Shown: positions 11,713 through 24,677 of the stretch, in pieces | Layout: each line of letters starts with the position of its first letter | Position numbering within the stretch: position 1 is the stretch's first letter | NCBI GenBank assembly: GCA_004022145.1 | Contig: RCNU01000004.1 | Strand: one strand, 5' to 3' | Origin: Paecilomyces variotii | Lineage: Eukaryota | Length of the DNA stretch: 64,000 bases | Position numbers and translations under genes: made by a program | Notes under the pieces: generated by a model | The model's database searches: none | The model's input: the letters and a program-made list of their open reading frames with translations, nothing else | Told to the model about the DNA's origin: nothing

Positions 11713-13501
11713 ATGCCATCCTCGTCGAGGATCGAGACTGATACCATAATCATCGGTATGTCGCCATCCGCCAGGCACGTCGTTCGCTGTTCCCTTGCTC
11801 TCTGGATCTCGACGTCTTTTCTTCGGCCAATAATTGAACTTTGACGGCGCCTGATGTCGGAGAACCGGCTGACTGACCAATATCGCAGGGAATGGACCAT
11901 CGGCTTTGCTCTTATCGTACATCCTGCATGGCCACATTCCACGTTATATTCAGGATCCCCCGCATCCTGATCCGCTACTCCATGCCAAGCTAAAAGATTC
12001 TCCCCAGCTATTGTCTTGTGACATTGACCGCCTTACGGAGCACTTTGCGGCCTCTCGGATCTCGTATTCTACGCAAGCGTTGCCCATCAATGTCTTGTTC
12101 GACACGCTGGTGCGCCCGAACGCTGAAGTTGACGATACCGAGAAGGACACCAATGTTGAATGGTGTTACGTGCCTGAGAAGGCCGTTCCGCACCTGGTCT
12201 TTGGCAACACGCCTCGCCCAGGAGGTCAATGGACTGACAATCCAGTTGCTGCCAGCTGGGACATCCAGACGCTGAGTTATGCGGGCATGCTTGGTTTACC
12301 TGGATACTCGTTCGCAGAGCACTATCGCAAGTCGACTGGCAAAGAACTCCCCGCATTCACCCGGCCAACAAGAAAGGAGGTTGCAGACTACTTTGCTGCC
12401 TACCCAGTAGCGGTCGGAATTGAGGGTGTTATACACTGTGAGGAGACTCTGGAGAACATCTCGAGGACTGCAGATGGATTTTATATCGGATCTCATGGCA
12501 TCCGTTGTAAACGCTTGGTCTTGGCTAGCGGAATCTTCTCTGAAGTGATCAGTCCTCCTTCACTCCTTCAGCCCTTGGCGTCTCTCCCACTTGGGTCATC
12601 AGCGAGGCAGGATGCTCCGCTACTTGTCATTGGGTCCGGCTTCTCAGCGGCAGATGTAATCATTTCCGCCCCGAAGGACCGGAAGATCATTCATGTCTTC
12701 AAATGGGACCCTGATAACCGACCATCCCCTCTTCGTGCTTGTCACCAGCAAGCCTATCCAGAGTATGCTGGTGTGTATCGATTGATGAAGCGGGCTGCTC
12801 TCACTCTAGAGTGCCAGTCCAGTGACCGGCCAAAGAACAGACGTCTGGCGTCTACTTCTTTCCTGGAGAGCCGCCCGTGGGATGAAGTGTACGAAGGCTG
12901 CCCGAACACTGAGATCACCCATGTTGAAGTCAGCGAGGGACGAGCCATTGTGTCTTTCCGCCGAAGCGATGGGACTACTCTGACTCGTGAGGTGTGCGGC
13001 CTGGCCTACGCTGCTGGCCGAAAAGGCTCACTGCGATACCTGGACAATGCTCTACTTACAGAGGTTCTCGACGGAGAAGGGGTCACTGACACTGATGGCT
13101 CTGTTACCGGTCAGACCCTCCGCAGCAAGGCAATGGACAATCTAGAGGTTGCTCCAGATGTCTTCATCATCGGCAGTCTGACTGGCGATTCCTTGATTCG
13201 GTTCGCCCACGGAGGCTGTGTTTATGCGGCATCCAGAATAATCCCATCGCATAATGGCTTGGATGAGCGAGCTAGTGTGCGAAGCAGTAGTTCCACCTCA
13301 ACGCAGAAGACACCACGCATTGTCCCAGCTGCTATGAACGGCATGGATGGTCACCACACGCCACGCTCGTTTCTAGACGAGAAGCAACCGCAAGACCGGC
13401 GGGAAAAGGACGAGGACGAACGCTTGAAACATGGTACTGCACAGGCTGAGAAGCCCCGTGCGAGCAGCTGGTGGACCTCACTGCTGCAGATGCTGCGATG
13501 A
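11713..13501 (+). CDS. FAD-dependent oxidoreductase/monooxygenase, OSGIN1/2-like, 2 exons
   Basis: Exon 1 MPSSSRIETDTIII spliced (intron 11756-11888) to GNGPSALLLSYILHG restores a Rossmann FAD motif. Second dinucleotide motif VIGSGFSAAD; C-terminal IIGSLTGDSLIRFAHGG. Alternative in-frame ATG at 11662. Confidence 0.75.
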
Positions 13502-13803
13502 TGTCCAATATACGCATTTCGGTTACCCGCTGTATGGTGTTTTAGACTTGGTTAATTTAGAATCCCCTCCATGGGATGCTTGCATGTACGAATTGGATGA
13601 TACAACCCAGGCATGATTAGTATATTTTCTGGACGACATAGACTGAAATTTCAAAAGAATCATGGTCATGACGACCGGCAGTTTTGATTAAATCAACATC
13701 TGATCCTCGACGCTGATGTTTCTTGGTGTTCGCTATAACATTTTATATGCCTGAGATAACTCTATACATTACGCCCCGATAAAGACAAGGTCATAGATTC
13801 CCA

Positions 13804-15030
13804 TCAACCCATCAGCTGCAACTGGTCGTCCGGCGGCCACCGCACCTGTGCAAAGCTCAAACAACGCTTGATGCTCTGGAGGAACTTGCGTGTAATCTCG
13901 TCACTCATGATATGCGCCGTATTATTATCACCATGCAGTTTCTCACGGGCAGATCGCTCGTGGATACCAACCATGGTCACACCAATAGGCCAGGCTCTGT
14001 ATTGCAAGTAGTCATGTCAGCATGTATAACCCATATGTATGGAAGCAATAGGAAGGTAATGGAGGGGAGGTTCAACGTACGCTTTTCCAATACTCAGCCT
14101 CAAATACCCGTCGTTGGCATCAACATATCTCCTTTCTTGGGCACAGTGCACAATCTCCACCACTGGGTCTAGGATCGAATCCTCGAGGTCCCCACGTTCG
14201 AATTTCCGAATCAAAGGCTTCATATTCTCCCGCGATTGTACCATCGCGTTGTACGCCGCTCGACCTTGGAACGACTGTTTCACCGTCGCGTCCCGCTTGT
14301 TTAAAGCATCTTCCCATTCTGACAGCACCATGTTGAAATATGACGCCAGCTGTCGGAATAAGAACTTGCGAGCTTCAGGATCTTTGGGAGCTGTCTTCGG
14401 GACTTTCATATCAACCTCCGCTACACGCTCCAGCGTCGTGGGGATCGGTCCCTCAGTGACATTCTGCGGTGTCAGGGAGCGCTGGACGAGACGTCGATAC
14501 CGTCGCAATCGCCCACGATGCGTTTCGCCAAATAGTTTTGCTGGCTCGTTCAAATCCCGTAATCTCTGTATTAAGTCTTCCTCCGGAATATCCTCCTCCC
14601 CTTCTGCCAACGGCGTTCCCTCCTGGCTTCTTCCACGCTCTTTCTGCTCGGCCTCTGACGGTGGCAGTTCCGGCAATCCCAGCCTCTTTCGTCGCTCACG
14701 TTCCTTCGCTGCTTCTTCGGCTTCTCGTTTCTTCCGCGACTCTTCTGCCAATTTCCGCTTCTTTTCTTCCCGTTCACGCTTGCGCTCCGCTTCTTCCTCT
14801 TCGAATTTTCGCTTCTGCGCGGCGCGCGCCTCGCGCTCTTGCCGGAGTCGTTCTTGTTCAGCGTTGTAGGCGGCTAGTCGCTGGGCTTCGAGCTCAGAGC
14901 GGCGAACGTATTTCTTTTCTGGGGCGGTGGATGAGGATGTGTCTTTGTTGTTGCTGTCTGATGGGGGAGTGGGAGAGGCGGACGATTTGGCCTTGGATAT
15001 CTCCTTGGCCATGAGCGAAGCGAAGTCCAT
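13804..15030 (-). CDS. prp18: Pre-mRNA splicing factor Prp18, 2 exons
   Basis: LRDLNEPAKLFGET (PRP4-like motif); ANDGYLRLSIGKA|AWPIGVTMVGIHERSAREKL (conserved Prp18 loop); AHIMSDEITRKFLQSIKRCLSFAQ. Confidence 0.93.
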
Positions 15031-15585
15031 GACGGAGATAGCTTGCTGCAGGCGCAGCTAGAGATTTATATGTGTATTTTTTGACTTTATTTAATAGTGT
15101 GACCTTTTAATAGCGTTGTTTTGTAGATCGAGCGAAATATAAACTGCGAGTTGCGTAGATGGCCAGGCTGCGTTGAAGTTCAGAAAAGAACGTTCGATGG
15201 TCGTCCGGGGAAAGCAAGTGGGAGAGAGATCGCCGATCCGTTCCTGAGCCACGCAGAGCTTCCTTAGACAAACCACAGCTTGAATCCTTAAGTCATTCCC
15301 CATTGCATATCGCCCTCCACAAGGTCAAGGCTATAATATCTACCCTGAGTGTCATTGGAACTTTTATCATCCATCCATTACCACATGAGAATCTGTGTTT
15401 CACAACCTCAACGCAAGCAACGAGACGACCGCGCGCGGCGGCACGCGCCCATCTCATCGCTCACCAGCGGCTCTTCGAAGAGGCAGAACTACTCCAAAGA
15501 GAACTCATAACAGAAAAAACATCACTCATACCTAGTCGCCTTCTTGAAATCTCTACAAGCCATCCAAAAAAAGAAAGAAATCACA

Positions 15586-16335
15586 ATGGCTGCGCGCGAC
15601 GCACCCAAACCTACAATCGACCGCCAGTCGACGACACCCTTCCATCTGAAGCTCTTTTACCGCCAGAATGCCTTCCACCACCTGTCCGACTTTCCCATTA
15701 CCTCCCCGCCTCCCCTCCCGCCACACCTTCAGATCTACACCTGGCAGTCATGCACGCTGCGAGAGCTCTCGCAGCTCCTCACATCCGCAATTCCCAGTCT
15801 CCTGCCCGACCCCGCCGTTGGCACGCGGTTAAGCTTCCGCTTGATCTATCCCGACACGCGCGGCGCCGCGACTATGGGAGGAGATGTGCGAGGGAGGTTC
15901 CTGAGTAAAGATATCGGCAGCGTGGTTGTGGCGCCACGGGGAGACAGCGAGGAAGACGCAGCAAATGGACACCGGCCATCGGCTGCGGGGATTAAGCTGG
16001 AAGGCGACGATGCCGATAAGACGTTGCAGGAGATCCGCTTCGTGATCGGAGATTATATTGACTGCGCGATCCTGCCCCCGTTAGAGGACGGTTCGGTCGC
16101 GCCGCCTCTGACGGGCAGAGGTGCCGCGCCTAGTTCAGCGTTGGGAGGAGGGATGAGGGCGTTTGGACCCCCACGGGAGAATGGCTACGGTCGTCCTAGA
16201 GGAGGTGGTCGTGGGGGGTTTTCTGATCGAGGTAATGGACCTGGAGTGCCCAGTGGGGATTGGAGGAGAGGGGAGAGAGTGCCGGAAGGCTCTGGTGGAC
16301 GATATGGAGGGAGGAGAAGCAGTCGGCAGTATTAA
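15586..16335 (+). CDS. sap18: Sin3-associated polypeptide SAP18 (ASAP/EJC-associated)
   Basis: IDRQSTTPFHLKLF, LQIYTWQSCTLREL, DADKTLQEIRFVIGDYIDCAI and an RGG-rich tail. ATG at 15586. Confidence 0.88.
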   Translation: MAARDAPKPTIDRQSTTPFHLKLFYRQNAFHHLSDFPITSPPPLPPHLQIYTWQSCTLRELSQLLTSAIPSLLPDPAVGTRLSFRLIYPDTRGAATMGGDVRGRFLSKDIGSVVVAPRGDSEEDAANGHRPSAAGIKLEGDDADKTLQEIRFVIGDYIDCAILPPLEDGSVAPPLTGRGAAPSSALGGGMRAFGPPRENGYGRPRGGGRGGFSDRGNGPGVPSGDWRRGERVPEGSGGRYGGRRSSRQY

Positions 16336-17124
16336 GCGTTGGGTAATCGGCAAACCGGAATGAATTAAAGCAATCATTCGGGATATTGATGTCGTTTTAC
16401 GGTTCGAGTCAAGGGTCTCTGTCTTCAGAGCACGTCCTTGCCCGCGGCCGTCACCAATCTACTTATTCCTCTCTTCGACGGGACCGAAATATCCTCCGGC
16501 ACGTGAACGTCAAAAGGGCAAGGCCGGAGAGATGGGGTTGCAAAGAGTTAGCTGGTCCCTGCTGAAACAGCGTGGACTGGGATCTGTCTTTCGGTTCGAG
16601 ATATGTGTCGATATGTGTCGATAAGGTTTATTTACCTTATAATCTTGCCCGTGTATGATACCAATCAATTGAATAACAACCATCCTGATACGGTCAGTAT
16701 GAGACATACGAAAATGTCTCCGGCAAGTTGTAAAAGACCAGAATAGGAGCCAACGTCATAAGCTGGAACGAAAGTGTGAAACAGAACAAAACAGCCCGCT
16801 TTCTAGCATCCGTAGTATATACACAGCAGACCGTCGCATTTATCTCCCCATGGAGGATGACAAAAGTAGGAAAAGCAGACAGCAAGGCATGACCAGGAAG
16901 ACTCTGCCATGTCCCTCCGTGATCAGTAGTCAAAATGGACACTCCCTCGATTGCAGACTAGAGGTGACAAGACATGACTTCCACGACACGGACGAGTACT
17001 CCCTTCTGCCTCAATTCCCGACCAGACGATCTGTTTTCCTATGCGAGCCGATAAAAAACAGTGCATGACAACAGTCGAGATAAGAATCCCATATGGTATC
17101 CCAATCCTTCAATCTCAAACCCAT

Positions 17125-17736
17125 CTAAAACTCGCGGATCGTGTCTCCCCGTCTCTTCCCACGGAGCTCATATTTGCCCTGTTTGTTCGCACGATGCTGT
17201 CAGCTCTTGTCTTTATTCCTCCCTAGACGAGGTAAATAGGGGGAGATTATGATTTTATCCCAACAGGTATTTGGGGGAGACTTCAACATACGTCAGTCTT
17301 ATAAGCGACATAGGTCAGAGCAGCGGGGATGATGCCGACGTAGACGAGAGTCAACCAGGCGGTGCGTGGCGTCCATCGGAAGTACCTGAAGCGGGTCTGG
17401 TTGAGTTCTGCGACAGACAATTGTTAGATATCCCGTTGTCATAAAATGAATCCCTCCTCCCCGCAGGACCCCCGATCCGATCCGGAGTCCATTCGGGTTC
17501 CATCTGAGGAGATATAATCAAATCGAAGTGAAGTCAGAGCCGCTTCAGCTCTGCAACGATGACACATTCGAGATAGTGACGAAAGGGGATGTTCCATACC
17601 GTAGTATTTCTGAATGGCCGGGTCGAGGACCAAGGCTATATTGTGGCGGGCATTGCGTTAGCTAGAGGGGCACGGGAATGGGATCATCGAGATGATCATA
17701 TGGATGACTGAGTTACTCACACTTGCTCTCAGCCAT
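17125..17736 (-). CDS. NDUFB4: NADH:ubiquinone oxidoreductase accessory subunit B15 (NDUFB4/NB5M-like), 4 small exons, absent from the ORF track
   Basis: Manual splicing of three canonical introns gives [76 protein letters not shown]...[10 protein letters not shown] followed by one TM helix matches the fungal B15 pattern. Confidence 0.85.
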
Positions 17737-18395
17737 GGTTGCGGTGTGATTGTGAGATTGCGCTCAAAGCTGTATTATGCCTGCAGACCTGGTTTACGAG
17801 AGCGTCGTTGGAGATGAACGTGAGGTTCGAGATTGGGCTTAGTCAGCGCGGATTTGCGGGCGGTGATTGGTGGGTTTGGTTTAAGGGCAGGATCGCGGGT
17901 TTCCTCCAGCTTTAGATGTATCCGGATCTCTCTCTCTTTCTCTCGCAAGGTTAATACCGCATGTGAGATTGAACTACTTCATACATATAGAGTATATCAC
18001 TACTAGTTTTTCTAATAGACAACTTGTACATGCATACTTCACGGAGATGCATCTTTGTCTCGAAAGGATCCGCCATACATAACGTGCGCATGTGAGAATG
18101 AGTAGTAACATGTCGATTTAAAAGTTAGGACCAATTCTAATACTGTCCTCAGAAAACTACTTCATGTGACTACTCATAGCATGTCTAGTAGGGTGGATTG
18201 AATACTTATAGACTTCGACTAAGCAAGATTCCACCTTCAGAAGTTGGCATTGAAACAGCCGAGGCTGTTTTGTCATGACATCACGAGATGTTCCAAGGAA
18301 GAAGACTGCTAACAATAGTATATAAAAGCATTCCAAAGCTCTTTTCATGCCAATAACTTCCCAATTGTACACACAAACCTACATATTCTTGCACG

Positions 18396-19287
18396 ATGGC
18401 CGCCGCAAACAATAAGGGTGCTACGATCACCCTCTACTGGTACGTGCCCACGAGAGGCCTCCCGCCTTGTTCGGGCTGACGGGTCGCGAGGGCCTAGGCT
18501 AGAACAGTCGCGTTCACAGCGCATTGTTTGGCTACTAGAAGAATTGAATCTGTCTTACAACTTAAAGACGTTCAAGCGCGGCAGCGATATGCTTGCGCCG
18601 CCGGAGCTGAAGAGTGTGCATCCGCTAGGGAAATCCCCCGTCATCTCCATCGAGGCGCCTGCCACTTCCAAACCACTAGTCATCGCGGAGTCGGGATCGA
18701 TTGTAGAGTATCTGTGCGAGCATTTCGGGGGGGAGAGGCTTATCCCCAAGAGGTATGCTCAGGGAAAGGAAGGCCAAATCGGGGGAGAGTCCGAATCGTG
18801 GCTACGGTATCGATTCTACATGCACTATGCAGAAGGGAGTCTGATGCCATTTTTGGTGATCGCGCTCTTGGTAAACAGTAAGTCCAGATGTGTTCTATCA
18901 CTCCGCATAATTTGCAGTCTACTAATCTTGTGTGCAGAGATCCGAAATGCACCTGTCCCCTTCTTCATCAGACCGATCCCAGCGTTCGTTGCTGGGCAGA
19001 TCGAGTCCCAATTCCTCACAAGGAATCTACAAACTCATTTCTCGTTCCTTGAAGATCAGATCAGGACTTCTCCCGATGGGGGCAAGTTTCTCTGCGGCCA
19101 AGAGCTTACCGCTGCAGACATCATGATGAGTTTCCCCCTTATTGCTGCAGCAGGCCGTGATATTTTCGACAAGGGTGAGTATCCGGAACTGACGGCCTAC
19201 ATCAACCGTCTCCAAGACACGGAGGGTTATAAGAAGGCTGCCGCAAAGATCGAAGAGGTGGAAGGTACCTTCAAGGCTTCCCTCTAA
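18396..19287 (+). CDS. Glutathione S-transferase (Gtt1-like), 3 exons
   Basis: MAAANNKGATITLYW|LEQSRSQRIVWLLEEL, HPLGKSPVI, ESGSIVEYL, HYAEGSLMP and LTAADIMMSFPL. Confidence 0.9.
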
Positions 19288-20844
19288 ATCGGGAGAGGTT
19301 ACTTGCAGTTCCAGTTATTGCCTACGCAATGACAGATTAATCGTGTCAGAAATTACGGCGCTTTATCTGAATGATAGCAAGGTTGGTCCTTGAAAGTCAG
19401 GGCCGACTACTATATTCCTAGCACGCCAATATGATAATGAAAATTCCGTCCTTTCAGTGAAAGGATCTGCCGAAGTTCCTTTCAATAGCTGTCGTGGAGT
19501 CGGCACTGAGAGCAAAGAGAGCAAGCTCTCTGACCTTAAACAACTCCTAATATAGATGATCTTCGCTAGCCGGCGATGCTGCCACACGCGACATACGACA
19601 AAGCCCTAAAACTGGGACTGGGCAGACGGGCCATGTTGAGCGCTAACTGTTCCGAACTTCCATGCCACTATATCCGGTATTGTTCTGGAGAATAGGCGAG
19701 TGATGTTCGGTAATTATCTGCATTTTCAGATAACCCAAAACTAGATTATCACCGGAGCGAGATCACTGATGAAATTCTACCATAGCTCGTCGGATGTACT
19801 CCGTATGTCGATGCGGTCCTGGCGGCGCGTGTCAGATCCTCATAGTTAGTCGTGGGGGCCAAAACATGAGAGCACAGTCCAGACTCCAGACTTGAAGACG
19901 CAAAGACCACATATCTACGGTTTACAAATCCGAGTTTTAAAGGCACAACGCGCAACGATCAAAAGGCAGCTCGGGCGTAGGCCCTTTCATTTCAACTCCC
20001 CACTGCCACGGCCAGGACCAGCTCACTAGGCAGAAATGGGCCGGAGATCGGCGTGGTCAGGTCAGAATTGCCAGGAGCCGGCGTCCAGCGGCCGGTGACT
20101 GTGTGTGGTCTAAATCTTGGGTTCCTTTTATGCAGTTTGCGCACACAGAAGCTGTTACACAGACGTTAAGCCTCGCAGCTGACGATGTCTCTGATCAGCT
20201 CTGGAGTCTATGCGCCCCTGTCCATCTGATCTTTTGGATTGGCTTGTGGTTTCAGCCACTGCCGTACAGGCGTTATGACTCTGTACTTCACATTTGATCA
20301 ACAACGGATATCCCCTGGGTACGAGGTTCGTCAAATGTATGCACCAGCTGCTGAACGCGGTAAATAGAGGCCACCCTGCACGCAACAGCATCCTTTCTGC
20401 ACGGGCTGGGATGGGAAAGGAGAAGGTTGATTGTTTGTAGATCGCCTGAGCTCCGGGTGGTTTAAGCGCCAGCGTCCTGATACCAACCCCTCCTCTTATC
20501 CCATTGTCCAATTACTGATCCACGTTGGGGCCTTCTTCTGCTCCGCGACTCGCTGATCTCTCGATTGCCGGAGATGACTGTCGCCGGCTATTATTATTGT
20601 TTAGTCTCCCTCTTTAATGCCTTGCTCTGTTTTTAGCATATTTGCTCTGTGCATCCACGTTCTCGCAACCTCATGCTCTGGAGTTGGCCGCACATTCGTT
20701 TCCCTCGGCGACTCTGACTCTTTCCATTCTTTTACAAGCATCGCTAGACGTCAGCATAATTAGAAATTTGCCTATTCTGATTGCCTTTCGTTTTCTTTTC
20801 CCACTTATGCGCTTTCGTCTGTGAAGTTGACATGATAGCCCAAC

Positions 20845-21660
20845 ATGGATTACTTTGAGTACTCGGCGCTGTCTAAGGCGCCCAACGACAGTCGCATTCA
20901 AAAAGACACTGTATCATGGTGCTGGAAAGTCCCAGCCTTCATATCTCCGTGGTTGATATTAGCAGGGTATGTTTCTGTGTAGTACTCTGTTTACTATCGT
21001 ATCATCTGGGTACTGACTAGCAACAGTTATTTCGCAGCACCTCTGGCGCTCGAGAGAGGGGACGATAGACCGCGAGTCAACCGGACAGCACTAATCATAC
21101 TGGGCTCTACCTTGGTAGTCTCGGGATATGTCGTTTCCATGGTCCTATGCTTTAAGCTGCGTCGCCGTTTCCTCCTTGAATCACTCTTCTTGTAAGCAAC
21201 CCAGCACCTTTTTGTTTCTAGATCAGGTTGTTGATATTCGTCTCTTAGACCATGCTTCGCTTCCAGTCTACTGAGCGCACTAAACGTCGTCTTCAACGTT
21301 CTCAGCCGCGACCTGCTCCCCTTAGATTCTTTGGCCACTCTGGTCATAGGCGTCTCATCTATATCTACGGTTATATACAGTTTTGCCGCAATAATCACGT
21401 ATTGGAAAGTGATCTCCAGCCAACGGCCTGCCCGGAATACGTCCTCCCCTGATGATAGTGCGGCCTTCGTCAGCGAAGACGAAATGCAACGGAGACAGCT
21501 TTTGAAGCTTCTAGCGAATAACTCGGACGCCGCCAACCCGAACCTGGTACGGAGTACCTTCCGTATCGACCTTCCGGAGAATATAAATCCGTTCAGGGGC
21601 CGAGAGCAGGATCGATACCTTGTCGTGCCGGAGAGTGCGCACGAGAAATACAAGAACTAG
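20845..21660 (+). CDS. Hypothetical multi-pass membrane protein, 3 exons
   Basis: ATG 20845 MDYFEYSALSKAPND...ISPWLILAG|YFAAPLAL...LIILGSTLVVSGYVVSMVLCF...LESLFL|PCFASSLLSALNVVFNV joins the 21331-21660 ORF. Canonical GTATGT/GTAAGC donors and several hydrophobic segments. Confidence 0.7.
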
Positions 21661-22445
21661 GGTTTCCAGAACAGAATTCACTGGATAGCTGAAAATATAG
21701 CATCATCACTCTATTATCTGATCTGAGCACTTAAAGGGGACAGAGAGGGCAAAGGTTGTCGCTAGCTTCCTGAGGTGCATGGCCCGAAGGCCTATTCGTT
21801 GGATATTCGACTTAATTGGCATCAGACCACGACACGTTGCTTCATCAAAATTGTCTCGAAGGGCTCGAAGGGCTCTAGGCATGCCTGAGTATTTCATTCT
21901 TTTTTTCTTTCTTTTTAACTTACCTGTGAAGAACGCATACGTTCATTGGTTAGCGATGGCGCTTGGTTAAGGGGCATTGGGTCTTGCTAGCTACAGCGAC
22001 TTACAGATGCAATTGTCTGGATTTCTTCGCGAGCTGTCTGCACTAATTGACGATAATACGAAAATCAAGTTTCATTTGACAAACTAGCATGTGCTGGATA
22101 CTTAAGGTAAATCTGCATAGAAGCACAAGCCACGGTTATTGAACTGGCCAGCGAATATAAATTCCCGACTTATCAGGACTTGTCCGCGACTCGAGAAGCT
22201 CCGAGGCGCCCAGACTTTATCGCCGCTGAGCCTCGGCAACTCTGATGCGTGGGGCGGGCTCGATCGTCAATTCATTAGACCAGGAGCGTCATCTTCGATC
22301 ACAACAGATTTCAACTGTTTCGGCTTTCAGGGGCTTTGGTTTTTCTTTCTCTCACACTGGGTGGTAATAGTTACTGCGACTTCGGGATTTTGAAGCATAA
22401 GCAGGCCTAGACGCTTACACCATCCCCTGGTGGTTCTTATCTATC

Positions 22446-23829
22446 ATGGCTAAGAGAGTGACACTCTTCGAACCGCCGCCATTGGATCCCTCCAAGGCTC
22501 CGATTGAAAATGTCCTCGAGCTAACTCCTGTATTAGATATTGGTCCGGTAAGTTTACTGTCTCTAATGTTCATCTTTTCGTTATCTGCTTCCATCTCCTT
22601 TGGTGCCTTTTCCACGACATCCTCGTCAGACCGTCACTAACCATGAATGTCCCATCAACAGGATGTCTTCACGAATACTCGCCCACTGTGGCATCCACCT
22701 GGTGCGCGCGGAATCTACGGCGGTGCCGCTATCGCGCAATCCCTGGCAGCTGCGCAGCGAACCGTTCCTGACAATTTCTTTGCCCATAGCATGCACTGCT
22801 ACTTTGTCCTAGCCGGAGACTCGGAGATCCCAATTCTATACCATGTCGAGCGCGTGCGTGACGGAAAGAGTTTCGCGACGAGAACAGTTCAAGCGAGGCA
22901 GCGAGGACGGCCAATCTTCACGACTACTCTAAGTTTCAGCCGGGAGGGCAGTGGCGGAAAGAAGAAGATCGAGCATGCAGTGCCGATGCCAGACGTACAG
23001 CTACCACCGCCGGAGGATAATCCTTTCTTGGATAAGTTGAGCAACACTCGCGAAGGTGGACCATTTGAATCGAGAAGAGCAGGAATTGTGAACAGTATGC
23101 GCAGCCGATCCTTTCGCCTGGTTAAGACCAACCAGCTAACCGCTATCGTTATTTAGGGGCCTCTCCCCATCCCACGGACAAGCGCATACGCCAATTTAAC
23201 CGCTGTCGCGGCGAGATTTCTGCCGAAGGTGGTCATCAAGCCCACCTCTCTGCTCTCGCCTATATCACCGACAGCTACTTCATCGGAACTGTCGCACGCG
23301 TGCACGATATCCCGCGATTCTCCTCTCCTGCGGCCCTCCAGCGCGCCCTCAAAGCTCTGAAGAACCCATCCGATTTAGATGACGATACGATCTCCAGTTA
23401 CTTAAAGGATCTTGCGGACGAGGAAACCGCTGAGCTACGATCCCGACTGGAAGGTGCGCTGACCAGAGCCCAGAACGTAAACAAAGAAGTGGGGATGATG
23501 GTCAGTCTGGACCATACCATCTATTTCCATAATCCGCAGGCATTCCGCGCGGATGAATGGATGCTCAATGAGATGGATAGTCCGTGGTCCGGGGAAGGAA
23601 GAGGACTGGTGACGCAAAAGATCTGGTCGAAGGACGGAGTGTTGATCGCGACGTGCATTCAGGAGGTAAGTGCTCTTCCATTTTCATCCCGGCACAATGG
23701 ATAACTGCCAATGTTGCGGGCATTTCATTGCTCGTCCGAGTTTTCAGCACCGGAAAGGCTAATATGGAATAGGGTCTTGTACGATTAAAGCAGGACGATT
23801 CGGACAAGACCAGGACATCAAAACTATGA
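22446..23829 (+). CDS. tes1: Peroxisomal acyl-CoA thioesterase II (TesB/Tes1/PTE1 family), spliced
   Basis: GARGIYGGAAIAQ, HSMHCYFVLAGD, VERVRDGKSFATRTVQARQ, SLDHTIYFH and IATCIQE|GLVRL. C-terminus ...TRTSKL* is a PTS1 signal. Confidence 0.9.
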
Positions 23830-24677
23830 ACCTCTTTCTGTTCCTCATTCAATCTGAGGCATTATATACCCGTACTTAGTTCTCGTCGCTCATTGTTCTG
23901 TTCCCTTTCGATCATTTGTATCTATAAGTCTACGCATGGTGTCATTTACGTCTTCAACCCCCATTATAGAATCTTTTCCATTGTTTTTAAAACTTCGAGG
24001 GTTTAATTGCAGCTATTGCAGTTCCTCCTTTGGCGTGGTAGCACTTTATTTTGTTCCCCGATTTTTCAGATATCAATGTACAGGCAAATACAGATCATAG
24101 CCATGAAGCCGTTCCTTAAACTCAAATTATTCTTTCCTTAAATATATGATATTGCGGACTGAATGATCTGGATACACGATGATCATGGTGGGTTCTGACT
24201 TTCCTTTCGCATTCTATATCTCGACACTCGATAGTATCGCGTTGTTAATTTCGGTTATTCCACGTACGTTCCGGCTTATTGTATACCGAGGAACGAGTTG
24301 GAAAGAAAGAACACCCCAATACCAATACGCAGGTCAACTGACGCCTGTAGATGTCTATCGCACCATGGATCACCAAGAAGATATACCAACATGTTATCTG
24401 ACTTTATTCTGAAGAGTGGCGACCAAGTCGTGTTGATCTGCTTTGGGCACCTGGTGGTTCAAGTCACGTTTCAACCCAGCGCCTGCCCCGCGATCAACTA
24501 CTTATCTCGCCGTCTCCTCAAGTGCGACAAACGCCTTTAAAAAGGGGGAAATCCATTTAACAGAGGTGAATCAGACAATCGATCCATGCCGGAATGCTCA
24601 TAATACAATTCTCAGTTCGAAAACGCTGCAGGAAGCCTCCCATGCTTTTTTGAAAAAACATCACAGAAGCCCGAAAA

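Noticed and set aside
14114-15014. Long + strand ORFs antisense to prp18
   Set aside because: Shadow ORFs of a Glu/Lys/Arg-rich coding strand.
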